From Lama glama (taxonomy: Eukaryota): a stretch of 64,000 bases of DNA. The first letter of the stretch is position 1, and each line of letters begins with the position of its first letter. Shown here piece by piece: positions 50,071 through 64,000 of this stretch. Under the pieces are notes generated by a model. The model saw nothing but the letters and a program-made list of their open reading frames with translations. It had not been told where the DNA came from and searched no databases. The DNA lies in assembly GCA_028534125.1 (NCBI GenBank), contig CM052816.1, positions 51,090,001 to 51,154,000 of the forward strand, in the 5' to 3' direction. The translations under genes were made by a program, and so were the position numbers.

Positions 50071-53000
50071 TAACTGTATTCCTATTGTTAGAATGCTAGT
50101 AAGGGTATTCTTGTAGAGAGCATTTAGAACCCAAAGAGTCCTTCTTGTTGTTAAATAAATCCTTTAAGTGTATTATTAATCATGACCACTCTTCTAGCAA
50201 TATGCTAAAAGTCCATAATTAATTACACAGTTAAACTATATGTAGTCAACATCCAGTGCTTTCTCAAATGTATCAGCTTCTCTTAGTTGTGAGAAATTAA
50301 CCAAATCATTAATTACTTTTCAGATACAGATGGAAAATTATTATTAAAATACTCAAAATAAATCCTTATTTCTAAATACATAATGAATATAAGGCCCTTG
50401 AGTTATTAAGAAAGTAATAATGATTACATAATGTAGAAAAATATGGTTTCCCTGATGTGATTAGAATTCATATATTCCCTCATTCATTTACTTAGCAAAC
50501 ATTAAGTCTTCTTGTAGGACAATTTTATAACAATTTAACCCTAACTAAAGGCAAAAGATCTGTAATTCAAGAACATGGTTAATCCTCTGGATATTCTAAT
50601 GCTGCAGAAGTGGCAATTCAAGGAGCCTTGCTACTTGAGCCAATTCTATTTTTTCAGTTTATTCAATCAGCTGATCCTGCAAGCCAAGCAATTTGTATTC
50701 AGACAAAGTAAGGTAGAGAGTTTACAAATAATTTGAGTCATCTGATCAGTGTAAACAATCTGGATAATATTCTCCAAGAGCCTTTTTTCTGCAATGGAAA
50801 TTTTTTAACGCTTATCCTATCAGGAAAGATTATCTGTATTTTCTACTTTCTCTATCAGACAGCAGAATCAGAGATGAAAGCATCTTTAGTTGGTTTAGGA
50901 ATTATGTGCTGGAGTTCAAAAAAATCTAAAATCCTACACCTTATTTGTTTAACATACCATTTTCAGAAATGGAAGAACATCAAAACTGTCAGGATCTTTT
51001 TAGTGACATGTCTTAGATCAATTCAGAAGGTAAATTTGTGTGAAAGTGCTACCATCTGCTGTCAGTACTAATGAACTGATGCAAATCTGCGCTGAGAAAA
51101 ATGTCAGTGTGGAAATGCATGCAGCCAATGAACTGTGTTAGGCGTACAACTCAATAAACACTTCTACTGGAACAAAGTTCTGCTAAATGGTTTTCCGTGA
51201 AAATAGAAATGATGGGTCAGATTTCTATCTCTGTAACTCCAGAGGAGTTATAGTGGCACATTCTCTTATGAAATTTAATTTAGCAATGGTTAAATGTCTC
51301 ATAAAATAAGTCTGACATGAATACTGTGAATTGGTTCCAAAACTATTAGATATGACTATCACAAGGAAATGATAATACTGCACCTTCATTCTTATATCTA
51401 ATAAATATGATGAGTTACTGGGTTCATTTCTTAATTTTCTTGGCTCTCTAGGAGGGCACAAACATAATTTCACATGCTAAGCTTTCATCCAGTTTCATAT
51501 TCCAGACTGATGAAATCTGCCTTCCATTCTGGGCACATTCCTTAGAATGAAGAAGGGTAACTTATCCTGCCCCCTTAGGCTGGAAAAGGAAAATGGCCAT
51601 TGAGCATGTGCAGTTATCAGGCACTGTACTAAGAGCTTTGCAGGGGTCACCTTTCCCAATAGCTCTTCAAGGAAGGCTGTATTATGGACACTTTGGAGAA
51701 CAAGTTCCAAGAGATTATGCTTACAGTCGTCTGTGTAGTGAGGGGCAAAACATAGAAAGCGCACGCTCATACTCTGCACCCACTCATCCCACTGACCAGA
51801 GCTGGTGTCAAGGATCATCCCTGGTTTTGATCCTCTCTAGTCTGCCTCTTAAAAAATCTATTTTTAAAAATTTCAAGTGAATGCATTTTCATAAAAATTA
51901 TAAAAGCAATACATAGAGAGTTCAGAAAATACAGAAAAGAACAAAGAAGAAAGGCAGAATAATCTAAAACTGCCCCACTCAGATTTATTCCCTGTTTGGT
52001 GAATTCCCTTTCGGATCTTTTTATACACACATTGTAATTTTCTGTTGCTTTTTATTCACTGAACAGCTAGTTATCGAGTGCCTGCCATGAGCCAGTCCCT
52101 GTCATGTGTGTCTTTTGTCAATCTTCTCTAAGAATCTTCGCCTCCTGCTTTACTAATTTCTGTGCTTGCTTTATTTCCCTTCTATAATTTGTTCGATTTT
52201 CTTATTCATTTCTATTAGCTCTTCAGTTTTTTTTATGGGATATTGATTCTTTTCATTCATTCAACTATCATTGTGAGCCATGCACTGGGTCAAATGTTAG
52301 TACTACAGTGGTACATAAACTGATAACCTCTGCTCTCATGGAAGTTGCTGAAATATTCAAAATATTTTTTATTTCCAAATTGTTATTTATCTTCAAATTT
52401 TGTTCATGATGATTTAGATAGGAAACAATATTAAGCCAATCAATCAATCATTTTTCTCCTTTGTTATTTCTTTTATCATTCTTATGTTTAAAAAATCCTA
52501 TTCAGGATTAGAAAACCAGATATTCACCTATATTTTTATATAGTTTATCATGAAACTACTTGCTGCTCCCCAAACATACTGCTTTTTCTTACCTCCAGGC
52601 CTCTGTACATGTGGATCTCTCTTCCTGGAACACCCTCCTGAACTCCCTCACCTACTAATGGCCATTTCTTCCCTACACATCCCAGCTTTCTTTACCCCAA
52701 CCCTGTATCATGTGCCCTCCCCTGTGTTCCCTCTTCACCCATGCTTAAGCCTACTGCTTAATTCCACACTGTCCTGCATAGGAAATTGATTGTTTACAGG
52801 AGTCTTCCTATCTATTCTGATTATCGTTTTAATCTCAGCATCCAGGACGGTGCCTTTCATCTAGTAGGCACTCAATAAATCTTCATGGAACTACTACATA
52901 GACAAAGAAATCCTACTGTGACAAAGTAAATTGTTTCTGGCACATGCAGCCTATTTCATAAAAAGGAGTATTTGTGCAGGAAACATGAATGGCCCCCACA

Positions 53001-56000
53001 CCACTGCGGGGAAATGGAGGAGACAGCAACATTCTCTCTCCTTGGCACAAGGCCAAGGACAGCACCTCCTGTACATTTATGGAGTCCCCAGATAAGAGAA
53101 AGCTTCAATATCTGTTTTCTGAAATATTTCCTCCAAAGTGTATCTAAGAAGAAAAAGAGGGTTTGAGGGCATGGTTGGGAATAACTCTCTACATTAAAAA
53201 CTTATGTCAACTTTGCAATATATTCTAAAATCTACTGGTTTCTACATAAAAATAATATCCTTTATCACCATTTAAAAGAACTGATGCAAGATGCATATTT
53301 TAATTGCATGAGCTAGTATACCCTCTGCAATATCACCATATCCCCCTGAGATATGTTACTCAGACTCAAAAGCAGATCAAATACTACTAAAATATATAAT
53401 AAGCTCATGCCTTTCTACTTAACTCACTCCTTTATTACTTCATGTGTTTTTTTACTCATGCATTCAATAAACATCACTGAATACCTATCGTGGGTAAGAC
53501 TCCATGCTAAACCTCCATCCATCTAATCATCTGTCCACCCCACTCACTGACTCAACAAATATTTATGGAGCCTGTTCTATGTACCAGGTACTGTTCTAGG
53601 CACTAGAAATACAAGCACACTCAAGACAGAAGCAAAATCTGCTCTCACATAGTTGACATTAAGTTTTAGGTACTAGAAAGAAAAACACAAATCCCATTTT
53701 CTCAACTCTTCGTATTTACAGTCAGTTGCACAGTCAGTATTAAAAGTCCCAGATTGCACGACTAGAGGAGAAAGTTCCAAAGGTAAAATAAATTTGTCGC
53801 TACTCACTTCCCTTCCCTTAGGATTTCTAAAGGGAATGGAAAAGAATCCATCCAGATCCCTAGAGAGAACAGCAGTTTCACCTGGTCTGATTATGGGGGA
53901 TGAATAATAGGACCTGTGACCAGAAACAAGAAAAACTGTCAAGACAGATGCCCTCTGTGGGAGGGATTTTTTTTCATCATTTGGAGAGGAGACGTGGAGA
54001 GGCTTCACACTCTAGAGAGGACTGTATAGGCGATCACAGTGGCACTAACATAGAATGAGATGCTCCCCACTATAGGATGAAGGGTGTCCTGAGGTCAGAG
54101 AGGAGCTCACTAGTAAACTAAACCATGATGCGGAGGTGGCCAGGCCTAAGCCCCCACACATGGAAAGACCACTTGTTCCCTGGAATGATACTCGTGGTAT
54201 TCAGGTATCAAGAGACATGATGCCCAAACTCAACTGCTGTTTCCACCCTGCAGATCTATTGCTTGTTGCAGTTGTGCAATTTCTGTAATGCTGTGGTGAG
54301 TGCCCTGCAACTGAAAACATCAGACTGTATACAGGGTGTATATTTTCATGAGCTGAGAGGGACCTTGAGTCGACTGAAATAGGGCCATCTTCTCTCCTCA
54401 TCTCTCCCCATGCTCTGTTATGACACTCGCAATTCAAAGATTACAGAAATCACTTTAATACATGACAGATTATGTACCACTTAAAAGGTACAAACCCAGG
54501 AATACGAAAATTCGGAGAAAGGAAAGGTCACTTCTGACTATAGGAGGAGGGAGCAGGAAAGACTACCTGAAGATGTGGTATTTAATCTGGTCCAGACCTT
54601 AAAGAATGGGCGGGACTTTGAGCAAGGGAAGAGAAGAAAGAATGTGGCAGTAGAACTGAAGACAGAAAGAGGCTATGACAAGTTTAATGGGAAGGGAGTT
54701 AGGTGAGAGGCACACTTTCTTCTTTTGAGTAAGACTAACAAGTTGAGTGCATTTGGAGGAGAACAAAAAAATGCCCACTTATTTTGTTGGTGGTGGTAGT
54801 GGTGATGGTGGGTTATTAAATGACTGAGGCAATCCCTGTTAAGTTCCAAAGCATTACAGGATGTAATCAACATCTATGCAAGACAAAGAAGCAAGATTTG
54901 ACAAACAAGCAATCCTCTCTTATTTTTGAAAAAAGTTTTGGAAAAACACAGGAAAAAAAGATGGAAAGAAGATATACCCTAGCATATATTTCTAACCTTA
55001 GTAAATGTGTGAGGATATAGTTAGAAAAACAGTGAGAAAATACTTAAGAAAAAAAATATGTGGAAAGTAATGAAAGTCTTGGTCAAGCACCCAGAAAGGT
55101 CAGCAAGCTATGATTTGCTCTAGCTGCACCTGCTGACATTCTGTGGCCAGTTAGCTAATTAGAAATAAAATTCTAATGGTGGTTGGAAAAAGGTAGATTA
55201 AAAAAAAAAGACAGTTCTTCAAATTCATATGCTGCACAGAAGCCACAAGGCTTCCTAGAATTTTTATTAAAAATTACAGACATCAGAGCAACAGTTCTCA
55301 GATACCACCTCCTCTGCTAACAAAAACTTTCCTTTCATGACTCCAGAGGGAGTCCAGAAACTAATTCTCCCACCCCTGCATAAATCTACAAAGGGCTCCC
55401 TCCCTGGGCTGCTGACAGTCCCAACCCCAACTCCTAGATTAGAGAGCAGAGTTTGAATATATTTATAGAGTCTATATGGGTTGTTGCTTTAAGCAACACC
55501 ATTAATATGCCAGAATTCTGAGTTCTCAAACTTATTCAGTTATCAATTTGTTGTACATAATTTAATCTCTCTGTATTTTGATATGCAAAATGGAAATAGC
55601 ATTGCTGATACTTCACAGGGTGAAAGGAGATAACCAACAAGACCATTATAAAGCTTGCTGGGGGAAAAGAAGAGCTTATGTAAATGTCTATTAATTAAAC
55701 AGGAATGGCTGCACAACTAGGTCAGGCATGATGATAAGACCGAACAGCCCACCCCAGCCACCAGCATCAAAAAGAAGAAATGAACATTTAATCCTAATAG
55801 CACTTGTTGGTTGCATTTTATAAACAGCATCAAATTGTAATATTCTGTAACATAACACAGCGTAGCATATTTCAGACCATGCTCAAAGAATTCTTTGATA
55901 AAACATAAACTTATTAGAGACAACAGACAAAAACAAAAACAGAAACACAAGCCAATTACTAATGAAGAACTTGTAAAAAAGCTAATCAAAGCTCTCATCC

Positions 56001-59000
56001 AGAGAAAATGAGAAAATCTGAGGCTCAGAATGATTTTGTATATTGATGAGATCTTATATAGCATCACAGAAAGAAAAATAAAACAGATTTAAATGAAGAC
56101 AAAAAGGACTTTTAGTCTCTGTTTAAAAGCCTTGTTATGTTCCATATCAATGTTTCTATTAAAATGTTCTGTTCGGGTGGAAACATTCATTTTTTAAAAA
56201 TACCAGATGGGTGGTGCTGTCAAGTGGAGGACACTCTAGGTTTCCTGTCTCTCTAGTCAAATCCTTGAGTGTTGAGAGGGCCAGAGAGAAGACCCTTCAC
56301 TCAGCCTCTACACATTTTGTAGAAATTTGCTCAGAGAGGTGGCTTATCCACCCTCTGGCACTCAGAAGGAGCCATGAGCGCATGTCCAGTTTCAAGGATA
56401 GAAATTAATCTTTCCGTACTAACGCCAAGCCTGCTAAAAACTAAATGCAGCGCTTCAGCATGAAACAACTTGCAGGCATTACATTTATTCTCTTTGTCTT
56501 AAAGGAAAACAATTGGGATCTTGTGCTTTCCAAGCATTAATTCTCCCCCCCCTCTTCCACTGCATTACATAATGGTGACAATTTTGGGCTTAGTAAAGTC
56601 TATTTCCAGGACACTCACTAAAACAGTGACACCACTTTAAAGAATGTTGGAGTATAACAGAGCGGTGAATCAGCAATCAGAAAAGTCAAGGATTTTCAAG
56701 AACAAACTTACAAAACAGCCTAATTTATTGGTAACTAGATATTAATGTCTGGCAACTATCACAGAGGAAGATATTTTATAAGCAACACAAAATAAAATAG
56801 CAAGTCTGTTAGTATAATTACTTTTTTAGGATGGTGCCAAATAGAATTTTAAAGCAACAGAAAAACATACAGATTAATCTTTAAGATGATTTTTTAAAAC
56901 ACCACAATGCTTCCCTTTAGATAAATATCAATATAAATTTCTTACAAAATCACCTCAGTTTACAGCCAACAGTTAGGTATTTCCTTCCTGCTTCTTACCA
57001 TATTTTTATAATAAAAATATTCTTTTTATCCATAGAAGCAGATTCCCAGTGATTTCTTTAAGTTAAAATCAGTTTTTCTCTTTAGAAGCACTCTGGAAAG
57101 AGACTCCATGAAGAAAACTCCTAAGGATGTGATAAATCCATTACAAAGTCTATTATTACTCGTCTAATAATGAAAAATGTTAGGTAGAGATCAGACCTAT
57201 AAAAATTCAGCTACAATGAGATACTGCTCCCACTTTTTAGTGGACTAATCATTTGAAACTAGGTAACAAAAACAATGTTACTAATAAGCTATCGTATTAA
57301 GAAATCATACTTTTCTATATAAAAATATAATCACAGATTTTTTTCAGGCAATAATTGTATCCTGGTATTTTGCAAACAAGTGTTAGAGGAATAAACTGAT
57401 ACATGTGTGCAAGAATGGTAGTTTCTTATCTTTAAAAATATTTTATTAAAAATGTAAGCAACTTAATAATGTCAGGATAAAAAAATGTACACTCTATCCC
57501 ATTTCTTGACCAAATATTTCTCCACGGTAACTTCTGTTGGAATCTTAAGCACTGATTTTTACAGTTTGGATCTAGTTCAGTATTTTCTAGACAAGAAAGT
57601 CTAGAACCCCCAAAACAGTCTAAAACCGAAAAAGAAGACCAGTGCCAGGAAACACACAGGCTTCGCACATGGACTCAGGAGATGAACCCTGATTTAAAGG
57701 CTGAGCTCTGAGCTCACCATTATTTTCTCCCCATGGCCCTTCAGACCAGTAAAGTCAATAAATCTCATGATTGTTTCAGACTAGGTCATCCTTGAGTTCT
57801 TTTTTCTTTCCTCTTAAAAGTTGATTTCTTGCCAATTTTATTGATATCTACCTACCCACCTATCTATCTTTCATAGTTATGTACACAGTAAATAAATAAT
57901 TTTATGACTCACTTTCCTTTTAGCTCTTAACATTATTTCATATATACTTTCCTATATTTTGCATAATCCTCACAACTTTTTATCTACATAGTATTCCATC
58001 TGGCTAATATAATAGATATTCCACTATTAGACATTTAAATTATTTTCCAGTTTTATACTATTATATATGTATAACAGTATAAAATATATAGTGTGTGTGT
58101 ATATAACAAAATTTCAGTAATGAGTAAAAACAGCCAGTGGGGATATTTACTTGGCTGTTGATCTATATTATCACATTTTCCTCCAAAATAATTAAATTAA
58201 TTGATATCACTACCAATACAAACTACTCGACTACTCCCTCACTGTTTCAAGTAGCACTGTTTTAATGTTACGATTAAAGCATCCTTTGAAATAGTTCACA
58301 GACACATCACACAGACTCCATAAAGACCCTAAGCAGCTTGCTTGGGCTTTATGCCACTTTTGACTTGGCCATAGGATGTAACCCTTGGTAATTACTGACT
58401 TGATTCAGGAGAACATATGGAGAAGGCTTAGGGCTCAGGGTGGGGTTGGGTGACTCTCCTGAAAGTTTGTAAACACATCATGTCCCTGGATGCTGCTTTT
58501 CTAGGATGGTTGAGGTAGGTCAGCAACTTCTGAGAAATGGTATGCCAAGGCCTGAGCTCTCAGAGCAGACCTGCGTTATCTGAACCAAGTTTCCAACAAG
58601 CTGGTACTGGGTCTCCGAGGGTCATGAAAATAGGCCAGAACAAATCACATTAACTAAAGCTTATGCTCTCCTCGGATTCTGTGCCAGTTGGTATAAATAT
58701 GGCTACAGTATTATCATATCACTCTTCTAAGAAGCTCTACTTTCCTTGGCAAGGGTCTGGAAAATACTGTTAAGTGAGAAAACCAGCACACAAAATTGTA
58801 TATTCATTATGGTTACAACTATGAATATGCTGACATGAAACTTGCCCAGGAAGAAAACGGCATCTAAACTTTCACTTTGAGACATGGCATGAAATAAGAA
58901 AGAAAACTAAAACTGTGCACGTCAAACTAATATAAATACAATTAGCAGTAAACACACCTGAGGGCACACACATTTTCTTCAATACTTACTTTTTTACATA

Positions 59001-60149
59001 GAAAATAGCCCATTTCTAGCACGTTCCTCAAAAGGGGCTCATTCATTCTTTCTTGTCCTAACTGGTGCTCCTCCAGTAGTAAGTTGTAAAGGTGCCTTTT
59101 ACAGCATGAAGTAAAACTCTCAGAGCCTCCATCCCAAAGTAGAGCCTCCCCATTTCTGCCGCAGGGTAGGACCCACTCTGAGAGGGCACCTTCTGCAAAC
59201 AGATCAAGGGATGAATCCAGCTCTCCCTTCAAAGACAAGGGCTCTCTCCCAGGCATTACTAATCAATTTGGGAGCACACGTGCAGTCTACACTCAGACCT
59301 GCTCTGTAAAGCACCAGAGATATCTGGCCAAATTAGTCCACACAGAATCAAACCGACTTTCTGCCAGAGGAGCCTCAAAATTCTAGAATTTTGCTTAGTT
59401 TCCAAACTTGATATTGAAGATATTATTTTTAATACCTATATTCTTAATATCTAGTACTTAGAAAACATAAATTATCCAGGTAATTTTATACATCTACTTT
59501 CACTTACACCTTTACTCCTATAAATCAGTGTTTTATTCCAATGTCTCTGAATGTTTTTGCCTGCACACACCCATATTTAAAAATTTGTATCTACATACCC
59601 CAAGGCACATAAGATGACTTTTAAAATTTTTCATTAAATAGTTACAAAACATGTAATTTCCAGTGTATTGCAAATATGGACAGTTTTAAAAACATACTGT
59701 TTTACATAAACATACAATTTTAAATAATACTATTGTCACTCTCTTAAACACAGTCAAAAATAAATGCATATTGCTACCCACTATCACTCATTTTAAAAAT
59801 ATATGAACAATTGGATATTTTATATTCTTCTCCTTTAAATCATCTCCATTCTGCTTCTCTCAAAGAACTTTATCCTAATGTATATTTTATGCTTAAAAGC
59901 TTCTTATTGATCTTATTCTTGCAAATTAAAAAAATACAGAGAGAAAGGAGTTTACTTTTCAAGATTTCCTGTGACCATATTGCTCCAAGTGTTAACTAAG
60001 ACATTGATTGAGTTGTCATTATAATTATAATAGTACTCAATTGAGCAAAACAAAATATAAAATTTGATAAACAAATATACAAAGTGAAATATTTTTGGAA
60101 ATCATGAGTGACCAGCATCATTTAGTATGTATTACAAATCATACTTTTT

Positions 60150-60312
60150 TCACATGTGTATGAATCCACTTAATCCTCACAATACCCTACTATTATTAGC
60201 CCCATTTTATAGATGCAGAAACTAAGGTTGAGAAAGCTTAGACTCCTCAAGTTCTCAGAGCCTGGATCCACACACAGTCTCTGGCTCCAGAGCCCAGGCA
60301 CTTAGCCACAAT
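60150..60312 (-). mobile_element. MIR SINE
   Basis: ttaatcctcacaataccctac...ccccattttatagatgcagaaactaaggt...tctggctccagagccc. Confidence 0.75.
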
Positions 60313-63300
60313 CCTATACTTCCTGACTCTTAAAAATATGGACTGGGGCCTGGGGAGTGGAGCAATATACCATGGTAAGGGATGGGAGGAGTGCGATGTG
60401 TGTCTTTGTTTTGCACAGTCAGAGAAAGGCAAAAGGGAGAGGTAGAGAAGAAAAATCTCGACCATCAGGGACTTTCAGGCAGATGGATTTTATGAGAGGG
60501 TACATATGGAAAGAGAAGATCTGGAAATTAATTCCTTTAAACCTCTCCATACCCACGTACCCTTTGGGATGTCTTCACATCCACTCCAGGGTGTATATAC
60601 TACAGTTTGAATGCTATTGGTCCACTCAATCTCTGATACACCAAAAATTAGAGAAGGTTTTGTGAAACATTTTGAATGCTCTAAAAACAATATTTAATTA
60701 AAATTTAAATTATTTTAACCCTTGAATTCTATTTTAAAATGGCAGTTAATTTTGATAATTTGGAAGGACACAAATGCTAAAATGTTACAGGAGAGTAATA
60801 AGCATAACTATAATCTACATGGTAGGTTTATAATGATTAGATGTAATGCATGAAAAGATAGCAGGTCAGTAATAGAGCCATGCATCAAATGCTTCTCTCA
60901 AAATCTTTATTTGCATTTCTATTACTGAAATCATTTCCTAATAATGAAGTTGCCATGAGAGAAGCTCCATTACTAAGGAATCACTGTTACAGAAACAACA
61001 TTATTAAAGCATTGCTATGTACAGGAACTTTTATTAGGATCATACAAGTTATATATCATTGTAATAAAGCTTCCATTATAATCCTAATTGCATAAAGCTG
61101 TGTTTGAATATAGCCATGCTAGAGCTGTAGGACTTTTAATAAAGTATCAAAATAATGCCTTGGTAATAGGATTGTTTAGGATACTAATACTTCAGGGAAG
61201 GCTGAACTGACTAATGGATGACGTTTATGTCACTGTTTATACACGCTCCCCCAAGAATTAAAAAGAAAAGTGAAAAGAACCCTCATGTACCCAGTGGCAT
61301 GCAGTGTGGAAATGCCTGTGTTGAGGCATGCACACCAGCTCTCTTTGATATAACAGCTCAGCACGACCAATTCACTTACTGATACAAGACAGCAAGTTGC
61401 CAAACTGGACATTTGTAACTGTGACAATTATGAGGTTTAATGTTCATATCTTATGAAGATCTGGTAATCAAAAAGTTAACCACACAATTATATACACCCA
61501 CAGACATGCACACAGACACAGACACAATTCTTAGGAATTGCCCTTTAGAAGAACCACTGGAGAAAATGTGAGTTTTGGGAGAGAGAGAGAGAATATTTAA
61601 ATACTGTAAGGATAACTCACTGTAAGTTGCTACTCTATATGTCAAGAATATAGTGATCCTTCTGAGTTATAGATAGAAGTTAGAATCAGACTTAAGTTCA
61701 CACCAGAGAATTTCAGCAGATTCGTTCAAATGTTTGTTTTTGCACTTGCTCAAATGGAGACAAATATTCGGCTGTTCCTTCTAGAAGCATATCTAATGAT
61801 TACCACCAGAGACCGCCAAAGAGCCATCCAATCACCAGGCAGGCACGGAGATGCTCCTTATACCTGCTGCGTGGAAACCGGCAAGGCAGGCACCAGACCA
61901 TTGGAAAATGGCTCCAGCACAGGCTCAGGCAGCGGAGGCCCTGATGGGTGGCTCTGCCGCAGCCACGGCCGTGGTCAGGTAACGGGACCAGGGCTATTTT
62001 GATTCTGAGACCACTTGTGGCAGCTGGGCTGACTTGACATCTGTTTGGAAAGCAAAGTGCTTTAACCCTTGAAGACAGTGTTTCCTTTCCACAGTTTCCT
62101 CTTGACCTCTGCCTCCCAAGGGTGCTGAACTGCAAACAGTTGGGTGGGATTAACTTAGAGCCAGAAGGTTCGTTTTCCTTACTGACCTGGGCAATCAAAA
62201 GTAAATGTCAACATTCCTCTAATGTGATGGTCCCCAAATCTTTCTATTACTTCAGGGGAAGGTACAAGATGTTTTTATTTTTGTTTTTGTTTTGTACTTT
62301 ATAGTCAGCAGGAATATGTTATTTTTCAGGATTCTAATGTTCTCTCATTAAATATGATCAACCCAAACTAATCTGTACTGAGACAATGAGAGACTCTTAT
62401 TTCTGAAACACTACAACATTTGAAATCTGTTGACTTGGAAGTGTGACAATGAGCGAGTGTAAGGCTTAGTTATCCAATGGGTCAACCAAAGGGGCACCCG
62501 AAATATCTGAAGACACTTCAGCTTCCATGAATTTAATCAGAAATTTGAAATCAGATAATTCTGAAAGAAACTACTGGAATTTTGGCATTCATAGGAGTTG
62601 GCAGTTTACAATTCACTAATGTCCTTATTTTTAATACATCTCTCAATCAGGACTTCCAAGGAAAGTCTAAGTTCTCACTGTGACAGGAATAGAGTTCTTA
62701 CATGAAAGCTTTACATCAAAGTGGTGAAGACTCAAGAGGCTTTAATAAATAAATGTTGATTGACTGATTTCTTTGGAAACTGATTTGAACTTCATTGCCA
62801 CTCATTTTCCCATCTTCTCCACAAACATTTTGTCAGAATTCCCCAAAGCATAGCTCTCCTTTAAAACACCTCCTTTTCCCTCTGCCTTGTTGAAGACACT
62901 CAGTCTCACACATAGGGCTGCCACAGCCATCTCTCTCCCTCCCGCCTGCCACAGCCTCCCACCTGGTGTCCTCTGCTCCAGTCTCTCCAGTCTGTCCTTC
63001 ACCCTGCACAGATACCTGAGTCATCAGCCCAATTACCAATTTTATGTCACTCTCTTGCTCAGAATGATTCCTTACTATCCATTACTTATTAAGCAAAGCT
63101 TCATTTTGGGGAGGGGCATGGATGTCTTTCAATACCCAATAAGAACTATGGATCTTAGAATAATGCAAAATGCACACATGTTCTTTGCCTATGACTCAAA
63201 GGGTTCAAATATACCTGAAGCCTGTGGATGTGTGACTCTTAAGTTTAAAAATCCAAACCTATATAGTAAAGTTTGAACTGCATGGCCATGTCTATATTTA

Positions 63301-63677
63301 GTTTCCCTGCAGACTGGCATCAAACTACTTTCTAGGCTTATCTTCTATCAGGGTATCCCTAATCAAAGACAAAACTGAAAGCTTCGTCCAGCACCCACCA
63401 CATGCCAGGGACTATTCTAAGCCCTAAATGCACAGCGGCAAGCAAGAGAACAAACGTTCTTTTGCTGTTCATATCCTAGTGACCCATAGTTATCCTGTGT
63501 CTTGTCACACCCTAGCCTGCTACTGCATATCCTCAAAGGTATGCATTCCTAGTTTTAGTAACCTGACTCTTCATGTAGTTTATACTCTTATTGATTGCGT
63601 TTGCTCCCAGTATAACTTGTGTTTCCTCATGTCTGTGCTGGTCCTCTATACCTAGAATAATACTTTGTATCTTCGCA

Positions 63678-63762
63678 TCTCTCTCTTCTCTCTCTCTCTC
63701 TCAACTGTCTCTGTCTGTCTCCCCCTCTCCCTTCCCCTCTCCCTCTCCATCTTTCTCTCTTC
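63678..63762. repeat. CT-rich polypyrimidine low-complexity tract
   Basis: ctctctcttctctctctctctctc...ccccctctcccttcccctctccctctcc. Confidence 0.8.
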
Positions 63763-64000
63763 AAGAAGTCTTTTCTGAACCACTTCAGCTCACAATAAAC
63801 ATTCTTCTTATATGTCTAGCAGTGATCTGGCACTTGTTCACATACTGCCTGTAACAATTCTTTAGAGTTGTCTTACTATGTAACTTATTATTATTGATTA
63901 ATTCTGCTATGTAATCTGTGCATTATCGCCCCGTCTTTGGAAAAGGAGACCATGCTGTAGATTGCTGTTTCCTGAACAATGCTGTCTATCACAGTGCCTT

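Noticed and set aside
43420..64000. Further ATG10 coding exons
   Set aside because: I found no match to the expected upstream peptide ending in ...PWDTITQQ; the region looks like one long intron and its ORFs are short and unrecognisable.

Overview
Mammalian genomic DNA, AT-rich and repeat-dense. Two tRNA-derived SINEs and a young L1 3' end point to a camelid. The window covers the syntenic ATP6AP1L - RPS23 - ATG10 block. RPS23 is complete on the + strand (4 coding exons, 28104-29855, 143 aa) with a CpG-island/TCT promoter. Four 5' coding exons of ATP6AP1L lie on the - strand (13381 down to 5217) and splice into an open frame; the gene continues off the left edge. The last two coding exons of ATG10 lie on the - strand (43419-42580), and everything to their right is probably ATG10 intron. 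The rest is mostly L1, L2, MIR, LTR and hAT repeats. The most notable unexplained elements are a decayed DNA-level duplicate of RPS23 exon 4 about 4.3 kb downstream that keeps its splice acceptor but has lost frame and poly(A) signal, a ~220-bp poly(A)-tailed, TSD-flanked insertion of unidentified origin inside an L1, and apparent changes at the ATG10 stop codon and 3'UTR intron. I see no evidence for a wholly new multi-gene system. Repeat family names and boundaries were assigned by eye and are approximate.
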